The position numbers and the translations under genes were made by a program. Source: Octopus vulgaris (lineage: Eukaryota). Taken from it: 64,000 nucleotides of DNA. This document shows positions 23,955 through 37,592 of this stretch, piece by piece (position 1 is the stretch's first letter; each line of letters begins with the position of its first letter). The stretch lies in contig OX597820.1 of the NCBI GenBank assembly GCA_951406725.2, forward strand, positions 8,866,001 through 8,930,000, written 5' to 3'. The notes under the pieces were generated by a model that worked only from the letters and a program-made list of their open reading frames with translations, was not told the DNA's origin and did no database searches.

Positions 23955-24240
23955 TTCTATTGTATCTGGGGAGAGTCATTTTCTTTTTGTGTCTTATTAT
24001 TTAATACACTCACCGGTAAAATTTCCACGTTTTTCTTATTTTTATTTTCCTAAAATTTTCGTTGCGTCTTGCAACCTTTTCAATAGTTTTGACTCAAATA
24101 AGAATTAAATGGAAATTTTACCGGTGAGTTTGTTACATAATAAGGCACAAAAAGAAAATGACTCTCCCCAGACACAACAGAATATGCTTCAACACACGAA
24201 CTCATATAAAGAATCTTGCAAACCAAATCCAAAAACGAAA
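23955..24240. mobile_element. Fold-back repeat element (inverted arms plus unique tail); second copy at about 25325-25573
   Basis: tctggggagagtcattttctttttgtg... pairs with ...cacaaaaagaaaatgactctccccaga. The two copies are in the same orientation. Confidence 0.7.
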
Positions 24241-24919
24241 TACTGCTGAAGACGTTTATCACAGAACAGCTTGCATTGGTTTTGCTGTGTCAGAACTAGT
24301 ATCATCATCATCATCATCACCAGCAATCAAATTGAGAGCCTCTATGGTCTCTCGACTTTCGAGAAAGACCAGTTAAATCTTTCTTTAATCACACAACTGC
24401 TGGCACATGACCTGCTGTGCTTGAGGAGACCTATTGAGTCAAGAACATCAAAATAAATATCAAATGGAAATTGTAGATGTGATACCTGTGCTGGTGGCAC
24501 GTAAAAAGCACCATCCGAACGTGGCCGATGCCAGCGCCACCTTGACTGGCTTCTGTGCCGGTGGCACGTAAAAAGCACCCACTACACTCACGGAGTGGTT
24601 GGTGTTAGGAAGGGCATCCAGCTGTAGAAACTCTGCCAGATCAGACTGGAGCCTGGTGCAGCCTCCTGGCTTCCCAGACACTGGTCGAACCGTCCAACCC
24701 ATGCTAGCACGGAAAATGGACGTTAAACGATGATGATTTTAAAAAGGAAGACCAATAGTAAAAGCAGAGTAGAGAGTAGTGTTATTTCAGCTGTTGTTTA
24801 AGTGCTGGTGGTTTAAGAACAACAGTGCCTACCTCTTAGGGTTCACATTTAGCCCCTATGACACAGCTTTCATTTTTCTTTTTTATTTATTTCTAACCCT
24901 ATTTCTCTTTCTTCTTCAG

Positions 24920-24986
24920 GTTGTCCATTTCTGCTGTTGTCATGTCATATCTACAGAATCCTCAACCGATGTCACCACCTTGGTAA
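24920..24986 (+). CDS. WDR83OS: WDR83OS/Asterix terminal coding exon 4 (LSISAVVMSYLQNPQPMSPPW*)
   Basis: Acceptor cttcttcag and stop TAA at 24984-24986. The four exons join in frame to give 110 aa. Confidence 0.97.
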
Positions 24987-25217
24987 ACCAGCCCTCAACG
25001 GACAGTTTATCACAGGCACATTAATTACCTGGAACTCGTTTACAAATTAAACACCGTCAGATGACAGGGCTGCAAAGGAAAAACATTTTTGGCAAAGTTG
25101 AAATTGCAATTGAACAACAAAAGCAATACAGTTGTTTAAACCAATGTGTGTGTGTAAACTATAATGAAAATATTTTAAAACTGATATTAACCAGTCTTTC
25201 TGAAAGTTTTCTATTTT

Positions 25218-25223
25218 AATAAA
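25218..25223 (+). terminator. Candidate polyadenylation signal of WDR83OS
   Basis: AATAAA about 230 nt after the stop, with ATTAAA nearby and a T-rich tract downstream (about 25290-25310). Confidence 0.55.
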
Positions 25224-26076
25224 TCCTTATTAAAATCATTATTAATGAATTTAAACTTATTCAAATCAACATTTCTGGTTGTCAAAGGTACCTTGTTTTC
25301 TTTTTTTGTCAGTTTTGAACTGAAATTCTATTGTGTCTGGGGAGAGTCATTTTCTTTTTGTGCCTTATTATTTAACACACTCACCAGTAAAATTTCCACT
25401 TTTTTCTTATTTTTATTGTCCTAAAATTTTCGTTGCGTCTTGCAACCTTTTCAATTGTTTTGAGTTAAAATAATAAGGCACAAAAAGAAAATTACTCTCC
25501 CCAGACACAACAGAATATGCTTCAACACACGAACTCATATAAAGAATCTTGCAAACCAAATCCCAAAACGAAATTGAACTGAAATGTTTCCAAGATATTT
25601 AAAGTTCCAAGAACATGTGTAACCAGTTGCATTCTAAGTTCCTGTTCAGGGAATTAAGTGCTTGTACGGTGATTTCCTTCTGGGAGATATATCAGCAAAA
25701 CTGCTTAATGCTGGGTTTAAACTTAGCTTTTGCAGTTTTTGTTTCTACACTCATTAAATAGAACCTTTGGTGAATGATTAAAACTTGAATCTTTTTTTTT
25801 TTCCCTTTTCCTTTGTTTACATCTTCTTAGACTTGGGCATTGAAAATGTATCCTCAGACAAGAGCACAAGGTCTTTTATCTGTATTACCACCTTTTGTGG
25901 GTTCAGCCATAGAAGATGGTACCAGTTATTCCTGATAAATGCTGTTTATACAAAACTAATTATTTCCCTTGGAATTTCTAAGGTGGCCCTTAATCTGTAT
26001 ATCAGACACATATAGAACCAGTCCAGTAGTGGGTTTTGTGTGTGTGTGTATGTTTCTAGACACACACACACACATC

Positions 26077-26375
26077 ATAAGCGGAAAATGTAACCTCTCG
26101 AAAGAGCTGTTCTTCACTCCTGCTCCAGAGCGTCGGCTGCGGGGTCATTCCGAAAAGCTCTATCTGCAATGATTTCATCTCGATCGAAGGAGAGGGGCTT
26201 TCTCCGTACGGGTTGTGGATCCGTGGAATAAGCTGCCAGATGAGATGGTGAAGATGCCGACGACCGCTCGGTTCAAAGTCTCCCTTGACCTCAAGTGGCT
26301 TGAACTCTTTACATGAACACCACCCTGTACATAACTACATAGCCTTGCTTTTTGCTTTTTAACAAAGCTAAATTA
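26077..26375 (+). mobile_element. CR1-like LINE 3' fragment
   Basis: LRGHSEKLYL...FSVRVVDPWNKLP...FKVSLD, a CR1 C-terminal motif. Confidence 0.75.
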
Positions 26376-26686
26376 ATCGGTCAACTCTTGCGGATTGAAC
26401 CCAAAACTTTCATTTCTCAAATCAAATGAGTGACAGCATTTTCTTTTGTTGCCTAAATGTGAAATATGTGTCACACCCTTAATAGCTAGATTGCTGTTTG
26501 GGTTTTGACAAAACCCTATAACAATGTGTTTGGGGAGACACGGGGGAAAAAGTTGCAGAGGAAATCCATTGACATAAAACTTCATGGCATGTATGGTGTA
26601 ACCCCCTTTTAAAGTTAAAATGTGCACACACACAACACGTGTACAGACAATCATAGTCCTCTGCCACATTGGGGTTACAACACATG

Positions 26687-26700
26687 GTTGCCATGGCAAC
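26687..26700. promoter_or_regulatory. Perfect palindromic RFX X-box
   Basis: GTTGCCATGGCAAC in non-repetitive intergenic DNA. Confidence 0.45.
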
Positions 26701-29700
26701 AACACAGGTTTTATGAGAAAAGAGGAAGAAGCAGTTCTGTAATAAATACTTTTCCAGGCATGGAAATTATAAATTTTTTTAATTAAATTATTTTTGCCTT
26801 TTCAAAGATTATTTTGTTCCTTTTTTTTTAGGGGTCGATAAAATACGGAACCAGTCCAGTAGTGGGTTTTATGTTATAACCAACTCCTTTTAAAATTGCT
26901 GGCCTTGTGCCAAAAGTTTAAATTTTTTTTTCTGTGTGTGGGGAGTTAGCAGAAACTGCTTGGTCGTTTTAAATTAGGGCTGACATAATATTTAATGTAA
27001 GGAGTTTTAAAAAAACAAACTAGAAATAACTGTGTTGCTAAGTTGTCAGACAGGTTAGTGTTGATAGATTTAATAGGTGGCGAGCTGGCAGAAACGTTAG
27101 CACACCGGGCGAAATGTTTTGCAGTATTTCGTCTGCCGTTACATTCTGAGTTCAAATTCCGCTGAGGTCGACTTCACCTTTCATCCTTTCGGGGTCGATT
27201 AAATAAGTACCAGTTATGCACTGGGGTCGATATAATCAACTTAATCCGTTTGTCATCTCTGTGTTTAGCCCTTGTGGGTAGTAAAGAAATAGGTATTTCG
27301 TCTGCCGTTACGTTCTGAGTTCAAATTCCGCTGAGGTCGACTTTGCCTTTCATCCTTTCAGGGGTGATTAAATAAGTACCAGTTACGCAATGGGATCGAT
27401 ATAATCGACTTAATCCATTTGTCTGTCCTTGTTTGTCATCTCTGTGTTTAGCCCCTTGTGGGCAGTAAAGAAATAGATTTAATAGAAGGAGAATTAAAAA
27501 GTTAGTCTGAAATAATTGTGTGGTGAGAGAGAAAGATAAATGGATGGACACACAGACAGAAAGACAAGCAGACAGATAAATTAATGTTGATATAATTAAA
27601 GTAGGAAACAATTAAATAATTATGTTCAAAGAAAGATAAGCTGTCAGAGACGTTAGTGTCAATTTGTTTGATATTAGAAACCATCACCATTTAATGCCTG
27701 TTTCCTCTGCTGGCATGGGTTGGATGGCTTGACAGGAGCCACACCAAATTCCTTGGTCTTGTCTTTTACAGTCGGATGCTCTTCCTAATGTCAACCGCTT
27801 TACAGAGTGTCTGGGTGCTTTTTACCTGGTGCCAGCACCAACAGGGTCACCAAGTACCTTGCAAACCAAAGGCCCTTCATCTGGGAGGTTGGAGTATTAA
27901 GTGGATGTGGTTTTGTGCCAGATGAGATGGTAAAATCGATAGGTGGACAATGAGATAGGGAAGTGAATACATTTACTCTTTACTCTTTTACTTGTTTCAG
28001 TCATTTGACTGCGGCCATGCTGGAGCACCGCCTTTAGTCGAGCAAATCGACCCCGGGACTTATTCTTTGTAAGCCCAGTACTTATTCTATCGGTCTGTTT
28101 TGCCGAACCGCTAAGTGACTGGGACGTAAACACACCAGCATCGGTTGTCAAGCAATGCTAGGGGGACAAACACAGACACACAAACATATACACACACACT
28201 TATATATATATATATACATATATACGACAGGCTTCTTTCAGTTTCCGTCTACCAAATCCACTCACAAGGCATTGGTCGGCCCGGGGCTATAGCAGAAGAC
28301 ACTTGCCCAAGATGTCACGCAGTGGGACTGAACCCGGAACCATGTGGTTGGTTAGCAAGCTACTTACCACACAGCCACTCCTGCGCCTATTTAATGCATG
28401 AATATTTAAAATGTTAATTATTTGTTTCAGTCACTGGCTTGTGGCCAAACTGGTGTAAAACTTTTGAGGTTTGTTTTCAGTCAGTCATTAATCAGTCCCG
28501 TTTTCCCCAGAATTTATTTCAGTCTTTTACATAATATATCATTGAGAAGAAAGATGATAATAATGATCAGTTAAAACAATAAACTCCTACAGCTAAAGCA
28601 TTCTACAACTGCAAACATGAACATTTCAGGAATCAGGACTGGAAATGCTTTTGTCTGTGTCAAAGGTCAGCTGAAGATCGGATGACCAGAGATTCAGAAA
28701 AAGAAATGTCTGTTTTTACCATCCACATGCCATCAGGATGATTCTCTCATCATTACTTAAAAAAATAGTGAAGCTCTTCGTTCGTGAGGACATAAGACTG
28801 AAACAGGTCTAGAGTTGCCTTCCATTTTTACTGAAATTATATAAACAGTAATGGTTTCCAATTTTGGCACAAGGCCAGCAGTTTTCTCTTATGCTGGGCC
28901 AGGTAAGTCACATCAACCCCAGTGTTTAACTGGTACTTATCGACTCCAAAAGGATGAAAGGCAAAGTCAACCTGAATGGAATTTGAACTCAGAACATAGA
29001 GACGCATGAAATGCCTGGCATGCTAATGATTCTACCAGCTTGCTACCTTGAAATCGAAATCGATCAAAAATCAATGGAAATTGCAGTTGTGATACCAGTG
29101 CCGGTGGCACATAAAAGAACCATCCGAACGTGGCTGTTGCCAGCTCCACCTCGACTGGCCTCCATGCCGGCGGCACATAAAAAGCACCAACCGATTGTGG
29201 CCGTTGCTAGCCTTGCCTGGCACCTGTGCTGGTGGCACGTAAAAAGCACCCACTACACTCACAGAGTGGTTGGCGTTAGGAAGGGCATCCAGCTGTAGAA
29301 ACACTACCAGATGAGACTGGAGCCTGGTGCAGCCTCCTGGCTTCCCGACCCTGGTTGAACCGTTCAACCCATGCTAGCATGGAAAGTGGACGTTAAACGA
29401 TGATGATGATGATTAAGCCAGTGAAAGATGGTGCTCCAGCATGACCACAAGCCATTGATTGAAACAAATAAAAGTAAACATGAAATAAACAAAACAAAAA
29501 AAGATGAGCCAACTGAAGAGACTCTAAGTGAGTCACTCAACTTGCTAAAGATAGCAGCTAAATCTCCCTTGAATCACACCTTGACTATTTTAAAATCAAA
29601 ATAGAAAACATTTGCTAATACATTTTGGTATTTGGTAGGAAATGTCTGAACGGATGATCACAGCTGGAATGTCTTTGATCTTAGATCTGCTGGATTAGAA

Positions 29701-30252
29701 CTAATCTTTGGTTAAACAACAAAAACATTCAGAAGTAAAAAAATTTAAAGATCAAAGACAAAGGAATGTCAGGTGTGATAGGGGTGGTGGTGGGGGGTAG
29801 TGAAATGAAATACAAGATGGAGATGTTGAAGTAGTTGTGTTGGATATTTAATAAACATATAAATATTTCAATCTTAAGCAAGTATCTCAGTATATACAGC
29901 CGTAAACAATGACATTACTGATTATTGTATCATTTGTACAGAGTTGAGCAAAAACAACAACAAATTAATCGTCATCATCGTCATAATAATATTAATAACA
30001 ATCTATACAACATAATTATTAATTATATGTTAATGATGAAGTAAGGGGAAATGAGGCTGTTTTGCTACAAATATAAAACATTATGGGTTGGGTGTTAAAC
30101 CCTGTTAAAACACCTTTCATCTCACTTTCCATGCAAGGCACACATCTTTATTTGCCGCTATTTGTTAAGAGTTTACAACCTGTTGTGTGAAACTCTCTTA
30201 TTTCCATATTCAGTACTCCTGTCTTACCATTACACAGCAACATACTATTTAA

Positions 30253-30452
30253 CCCTTTCGTTACTGTATTTATTTTGGGATGCTCTGAGTTTCTTTCAGT
30301 TATTTTAAATATAACAAAGAATTTAGTAAAATAACTTAGTTATCATTAAGCTGGTGTTAGGAAAATAAGGTTTGGTGGAAGATCTTAATTCAAAACAAGA
30401 CATTTGTACTACAGAGCCAGAGGTGGTTTCAGTCGGGTTGATAACAAAAGGG
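30253..30452. mobile_element. piggyBac-type MITE, copy 1
   Basis: TTAA-CCCTTTCGTTA ... TAACAAAAGGG-TTAA. Confidence 0.85.
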
Positions 30453-30483
30453 TTAAGAATTGTTTCTCTCTTATATATTTTAA

Positions 30484-30704
30484 CCCTTTTGTTACCATAT
30501 TCCTGTTGAGATGCTCTGTGTTTCTTTCAACTGATTTTAAATATAACAAAGTATTTAGTGAAATAACTTAGTTATCATTCAGCTAGTGTTAGGAAAATAA
30601 ATTGTGACTAAGGTTTGGTGGAAGATCTTAATTCAAAACTTATGAAAACAAGACATTTTACCACAGAGCCAGAGCCGGTTTTGGCCAGGTTAGTAACAAA
30701 AGGG
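30484..30704. mobile_element. piggyBac-type MITE, copy 2
   Basis: TTAA-CCCTTTTGTTAC ... GTAACAAAAGGG-TTAA. Same internal sequence as copy 1. A decayed inverted relative lies at about 34020-34212. Confidence 0.85.
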
Positions 30705-32283
30705 TTAAATATACTTCATGGTTGACAGTTCACATAACGAGAGAGAGAGAGAGAAACCCTTTGGTGTCCAACAAAGATAATAAAACTGACTGACCGTTTG
30801 TATTAATCGTAACAGCTTGTCAAACGTCTGATCAATGTTTATTTTCCTAATTATTCAATAGTGGTTTGTGATTTTTTAAAAATTAGTTTTGCTTCCCACT
30901 CAAAGCCCATTGTTGTCTGCCTTCTCCAGATAAATTTCCAGGATATTAACAAGATTCATTCTCAGCTTTGGCAGGGACACTCAGCGAAAACAACTTTGTA
31001 AATTTGTAGGAGCTTACAACCCACATAACAGTATCATCAATAACTAGAATCATCTTTGGCTTTCCTGAGTGGATAGAATAAATACCAGTTATATAATGAG
31101 GTTGATCTGCCACCTCTCACAAATAAGCGGCCTTGTGCCTAACAATGTTACATTACAAATTCTTTGGATTCCTTTGTGCCATAGTTTTAATAATGTCTGT
31201 TAATTCCCCTCCAGGTCCCTGCTTTAACTCTAGTCAGGGTCTTTTTAGGTGAAAAGAATTTTGGGGAAGGGGATGAGTTGACTACATTGACCCCAGTATT
31301 CAACTGGTACTTAATTTATTGACCCCCAAAATGATGGAAGGCAAAAATCAACCTTAGTGGAATTTGAACTCAGAACAAAATTTAATGATAGAATATAAGG
31401 AAGACACTGTGAAAGGGATCTGCTGGCCAGGGCTTAGGGACACCAAGTTTACTTGTCTGAATTGCTGCAGGATTGCCTAAGGTGCAGAGGTTAGACCAGC
31501 CAATGCAGTTAATGGCATATAATTGGTCAAAATCTTATCAATGCTTTCATTTCATTGCAATTGTTGTGGCTGGCAGTTTTTGACGACTCTTCGGACATAC
31601 AGGCCAGAAGTGCATAAGCGCTTTCAAGATCATGATGATGATCATCATCATCGCTTAACGTCCGTTTCCCGCACTAGCACGGGTTGGACGGTTCGACTGG
31701 GGTCTGGGAAGCCAGGGGCTGCACCAGGCACCAGTCTGATCTGGCAGTGTTTCTACAGCTGGATGCCCTTCCTAACGCCAACCACTCTGCGAGTGTAGTG
31801 GGTGCTTTTTACGTGCCACCGGCACAGGTGCCAGGGGAGTCTGGCATTGGCCATGATCGGTTGGTGCTTTTAAAGTGCCACCGGCACGGAAGCTGGAGGT
31901 AAATAAACATTCCTGATTCACTCGGTGACAATAAAAAGCCAGAATGAAAAGCTACATCATTTTCCAGAAAAGAAAGAAGTGTTGCTTCCCATGAAACAAT
32001 GTCAGTTGTAGAAATGGATTGTGATGTCACTGGTGCCAAGCTGTATCGGTCCCTTTGCCTTTCCCTTGGATAACATTGGTGGGCATCAAATGGGGAGGCT
32101 GGGTGACTGCTGGTCTTCCACAAACAACCTTATCCACACTTGTGCTTATGAGGGGAACTTTCTACGTGCAATCCTTCGGTCATTCATGACTGAAGGTGGT
32201 CTTTACCCTCCTATATGTGTGTGTGTGTGCGTGCTTATGTGTATATATATATATAAATATAAATATATATGTATGTATGTATG

Positions 32284-32347
<64 letters not shown>

Positions 32348-33372
32348 TCATCATCATCGTCGTTTAACGTCCGTTTTCCATGCTAGCACAGGTTGGATGG
32401 TTCAACCGGGGTCTGGGAAGCCAGGAGGCTGCACCAGGCTCCAGTCTGATCTGGCAGTGTTTCTACAGCTTGATGCCTTTCCTAACGCCAACCACTCCAT
32501 GAGAGTAGTGCTTTTTATGTGCCACCGGCACAGGTGCCAGGGGAGGCTGGCAGCGGCCACGATCAGTTGGTGCTTTTTACGTGCCACCGGCACAGAAGCC
32601 AGGCGAGGCGGTGCTGGCATTGGCCACATTTGGATGGTTCTTTTACGTGCCACCGGCACTGGTATCACAACTGCAATTTCCATTGATTTTTTGATCAAAT
32701 TCGATTTTGATTTCACTTGCCTCAACAGGTCTTCGCAAGCAGAGTTTTGTGTCCCAAGAAGGAAAGGTATGCATAAGTGGACTGGTTACATCCCATCTCA
32801 CTTGTCCTGCCGGGTCTTTTCACGTACAGCATACTTCCTTATACTCATGGATATTGAGTTCTATTTATCCTGTTTGTTCTACCAAACCAACACTTACATA
32901 TATGTGTGTACATGTGTGTGTTTGTTATTGTGTGTACATGTGTGTGTGTGTGTGTGTGTTTGTTACTGTATATACATGTGTGTGTACATAAAATTACATC
33001 TGAGAAACTAAATGTTGTGTAACAAAATGCTTCAACTGGAGCTGATCCCCAAAGACTGTTATAGGTCCCCCCACCTGCTCCCTCACCACAGTGTCTGTGC
33101 TGATTCAAAAGTAGTTTTTATTCACAAAAACACATTATTCTTCTGGGTTTCATGTAGAGAAGAAAGTGTTTTAATTCTAAAAGTTATGAAAGCTGAAATT
33201 GCATTCGACACAGTTTTCCCAGTCATATTACATGACCCCCCCCCCAGACAAACTAGCCCCAATGGGACTGACTCATACACTGTTCGCTTTCCAGACATTT
33301 GTACATTACTGCATATACTTTATACGCACTTTTGACAAGTTGTGGTGCACCTGAACACTGTATACAATAACT

Positions 33373-33420
<48 letters not shown>

Positions 33421-34709
33421 GCGCAGGAGTGGCTGTGTGGTAAGTAGCTTGCTAACCAATCACATGGTTCCGGGTTCAGTCCCACTGCATGGCACCTTGG
33501 GTAAGTGTCTTCTGCTATAGCCCCGGGCCGACCAATGCCTTGTGAGTGGATTTGGTAGACGGAAACTGAAAGAAGCCTGTCGTATATATGTATGTATATA
33601 TATATGTGTGTGTATATGTTTGTGTGTCTGTGTTTGTCCCCCCCTAGCATTGCTTGACAACCGATGCTGGTGTGTTTACGTCGCCGTCACCTAGCGGTTC
33701 AGCAAAAGAGACCGATAGAATAAGTACTAGGCTTACAAAGAATAAGTCCCAGGGTCGATTTGCTCGACTAAAGGCGGTGCTCCAGCATGGCCACAGTCAA
33801 ATGACTGAAACAAGTAAAATAGAGTAAAAGAGAGTATATGAACCTTACTGCTTCCCCTATTGACACAAAAATAAATATTAAATACAGAGAGAAGGTAGGA
33901 GAGTTGGTGCAGGGAAGGAGTAAAAGACATTTCTAGGAGCCTCCCTCTAACTTGACCAATTCTACAGATTACTATTTCATTGAGATTCCTTCTGCATGAT
34001 TACAATTTGTTCTTTAATTCTTATGCCAACCTGCCTGATCCAAAATGTTTTTCATTTAAAGAGATCTAAATCAAAACTTTCCATGAAAATTTCATGTTTC
34101 AAATATCAGATTAATTAATGACAAAATTATTTTACTAAATTTTTCAGTATTCTCAAAATTAATTGAAACAAAGGAGTATATTTCAATGGAAATATGGTAA
34201 CAAAGGGGTTATACTGAAAATTTTGTCCAGTTATATGAAGAGAATATAAAAGTAAATAACAAGTGTATGAAGCCATCCTTATCAGGCACAAACATTTGGT
34301 TTAAAAACCGACATATTTGTAAATTGTAAATTTACTGATCAGTTCTGGCCAGCTGTAATATCTAAATTTCATCAAATCATTCCAATTCTATTGAAAAATA
34401 AATATGAAACGATTAAAGACAGAAAACTTTTTTCCATATTTTGAATGGATTTATAGAGGAAAATATAAGTTTTCTGACTTTGTAGTCAAGGCAACAGAGA
34501 GACAAGCTTTCAGCAGTTTTATATTTACAATCAATCTCTCATCTCTTCTCTCCTCTCTTATCTCTTTCTCTCTCTCTCTCTCTCTCTCTCACTCTCTCTC
34601 TTTCTCTCTCTATCTCTCTCTTTCTCTTTCTCTCATCCACCTTCTCTCACTCTACATGGCAGTATGAAGCTCAAAGTACAGTTAAAAAGTCCCAGCGTAT
34701 TCAGTTTGA

Positions 34710-35090
34710 TTATAGACAAAGTTCTTTGCTGTCCCTCCTCCGAGCTTTCGCTGCCAAATCTCTCGCTGTGACCGTCGAGGAAGTCCTCGGTCGGAATTCC
34801 AGTTGACTGATTTCTTCATTTGTCGTTGATTGTGCTGCTGAAGCCCGAATAATCAGGCTCCTGTTTCTAATGAGGGAAGGGTACAAAGGTGGATCGATGC
34901 CATTTGCCATGCCCTCATCGTCATCCTCATCATCCTCGTCGTCATCATCGTCGTCATCATCATCGTCTTCTTCTTCAACCATATCACCATTGGTGTCAAT
35001 ACAGCCCTGACTTTGTTTTATTGATTCCACTGTGTTCTGGATGTTGAGGAATTGTCTCCTTAAAAGAACATCATGTTGGCGAAGATCAAT
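34710..35090 (-). CDS. FAM167/LURAP-like gene, terminal coding exon (IDLRQHDVLLRRQFLNIQNTVESIK...poly-D/E...RRRDSKELCL*)
   Basis: Acceptor atttttctag, 127 codons ending in TAA. Continues the heptad WLRHEL|IDLRQHDVLLRRQFLNIQ. Confidence 0.85.
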   Translation of the reverse strand: MDLRQHDVLLRRQFLNIQNTVESIKQSQGCIDTNGDMVEEEDDDDDDDDDDEDDEDDDEGMANGIDPPLYPSLIRNRSLIIRASAAQSTTNEEISQLEFRPRTSSTVTARDLAAKARRRDSKELCL

Positions 35091-36238
35091 CTAGAAAAAT
35101 GAAACCAGAAAAAACATGAAAGTTTTCAGTCAATACATTGATAATATTAGACTGCTACACAAGTCTTAAGCAAGTTGTTTTACTCTAGTCAGATATTTCA
35201 GTATACCAATTTAGTTCTTACACACACACACAAATATATATACATACATACATATCTATTTCTTTATTACCCACAAGGGGCCAAACAAGGACAGACAAAG
35301 GAATTAAGAGGGGACATAGAGGGGACAAACAAGGACAGACAAAGGGATTAAGTCGATTACATTGACTCCAGTGCATAACTGGTACTTAATTTATCGACCC
35401 CCGAAAGGATGAAAGGCAAAGTCTACCTCGGCGGAATTTGAACTCAGAACGTAACGGCAGACAAAATACCACAAAGCATTTCACCTGGCGTGCTAACGTT
35501 TCTGCCAGCTCATCACCTTCATCATCATCATCATCAGTGCACATCCGCTATCCATAATGTCAGAGTCACGTACTGCTGCCCGAGTCTCTGTTTGGGCATC
35601 GATGCCCATCCTTATACATTTTACCATGGCTCCACCACTACTAATTCGCAAGACTAAAGAGTCCTCTTCACTGAGTGGAAGAAAGAGAATGCAAAGGGTT
35701 AACATAAGGGGCAAGGACAGGTTTGTTGCTAGAGATGAGATACATGCCTACCCAACATTATATAAGGGTGGGCAGGAGTGATAGGGTGGAGCTGGAAAGA
35801 TGAATAAAGATGGTGGCAACAAGGCATCAGAATGTATCCTCAAGACATAAGAAGGTTGATTAGAAGAGAGTATGGGGGACAGATGAAGAGGGGGGGGGTT
35901 GTAAGAGTTGGTCAGAGGTTGAGAGTGGCTTAGAAAAAAGGAAACTGCATGTGTTTGTGTGTGGGGGGTGCATTCTATGGCCTTGTGCACAGTGATACAA
36001 AAACATTTCAAGAAGAGACTTCCTCTTTACTCATTTACTTGTTTCAGTCATTTTGACTGCGGCCATGCTGGAGCACCGCCTTTAGTCGAGTAAATCGACC
36101 CCAGGACTTATTCTTTGTAAGCCTAGTACTTATTCTATCGTTCTCTTTTTGCTGAACCGCTAAGTTACAGGAACGTAAACACACCACCATCGGTTGTCAA
36201 GCAATGTTGGGGGGACAAACACAGACACACAAACATAT

Positions 36239-36272
<34 letters not shown>

Positions 36273-36656
36273 ATATATATGACGGGCTTCTTCCAGTTTC
36301 CGTCAACCAAATCCACTCACAAGGCTTTGGTCGGCCCGAGGCTATAGTAGAAGACACTTGGCCATGGTGCCACGCAGTGGGAATGAACCTGGCGACCATG
36401 TGGTTGGTAAGCAAGCTACTTACCACACAGCCACTCCTGCACATGATAAATGCCTTTTAAAAGAAATCATCATCATCACCATCATCATCATACACATTAA
36501 TTTACTTCTCTAATCCTTTTCCATTCTGGTAACAATTTTCTGAGATAGTGTCTTTACAGCTGAAAAACTCTTCCTCTGACCAATAACACACCACAACCAT
36601 AAAAAGAAAAAAAGGAAAATGGGGCAAAAAAGAGACCCTTTCATGTGAACACTCAC

Positions 36657-36865
36657 CAGTTCGTGTCGCAACCACATTATAGCTTGGCGCAAATCTGCCA
36701 AGCGACTCTCGTTGTTTGTGCCATTGCACCTCACATTGCTTATATGCATGTTTTCTAAATCACGGAATGACGTAGCTTGATGCACAAATCTTTGAAACCT
36801 TTTCGGCAGTTTTACAGAACCAGGTAGATGGGCATTGTACAAGGGCACAACATCCCAGTACCCAC
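36657..36865 (-). CDS. FAM167/LURAP-like gene, internal exon (GYWDVVPLY...RLADLRQAIMWLRHEL)
   Basis: Acceptor gttctatttcag and donor CTG|GTGAGT. 209 nt open, phase 1 to 0. AIMWLRHEL resembles the FAM167 (DUF3259) WLRxEL motif. Confidence 0.8.
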
Positions 36866-37550
36866 CTGAAATAGAACAACAATATATTTCTTTACTACCC
36901 ACAAGGGGCTAAACATAGAGTGGACAAACAAGGAGAGACAAAGGGATTAAGTCGATTACATCAACCCCCAGTGCATAACTGGTACTTAATTTATCGACCC
37001 CAAAAGGATGAAAGACAAAGTCGACCTTGGCGGAATTTGAACACAGAACGTAACGGCAGACGAAATACGGCTACGCATTTCGCCCGGCATGCTATCATTT
37101 CTGCCAGCTCGCCGCCTTCATAGAACAACAATAGATCTATATAATGGCATGTCTTGGACCACAGCTAACTGGACTGACCACTAGACCACTGTGGGGTGAC
37201 CTAGGGTTAAACAACAACATACATTTAGCAATATTGACATAGTTGAGAACATCATCATCACCATCATCGTAATTTTATGACCGTCCATTATGCTGTGACG
37301 GGATGGACAGCTTGACAAAATACTAAACAAACAACACTAGGTATAAGGCTGAGCTGCAGAATGGCCAGAAGCCAGTGATTTCTTATTCTGTCCTTTTAAT
37401 ATCTGTGATGTAATCAATCTTGAAGAAAGACACGTATATATATGTATAAACACACATATAAACACTCGTAAAAACAATCACACATATATAAACACATCTA
37501 CATTTGTGCACATATACATACATACATGCATTGTACATATGAGTTCATAA

Positions 37551-37592
<42 letters not shown>

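Noticed and set aside
32196-33011. 271-aa ORF and the many ...FLQLDALPNANHS... ORFs
   Set aside because: They are antisense readings of the non-coding RTE 3' UTR repeat fused to microsatellites.
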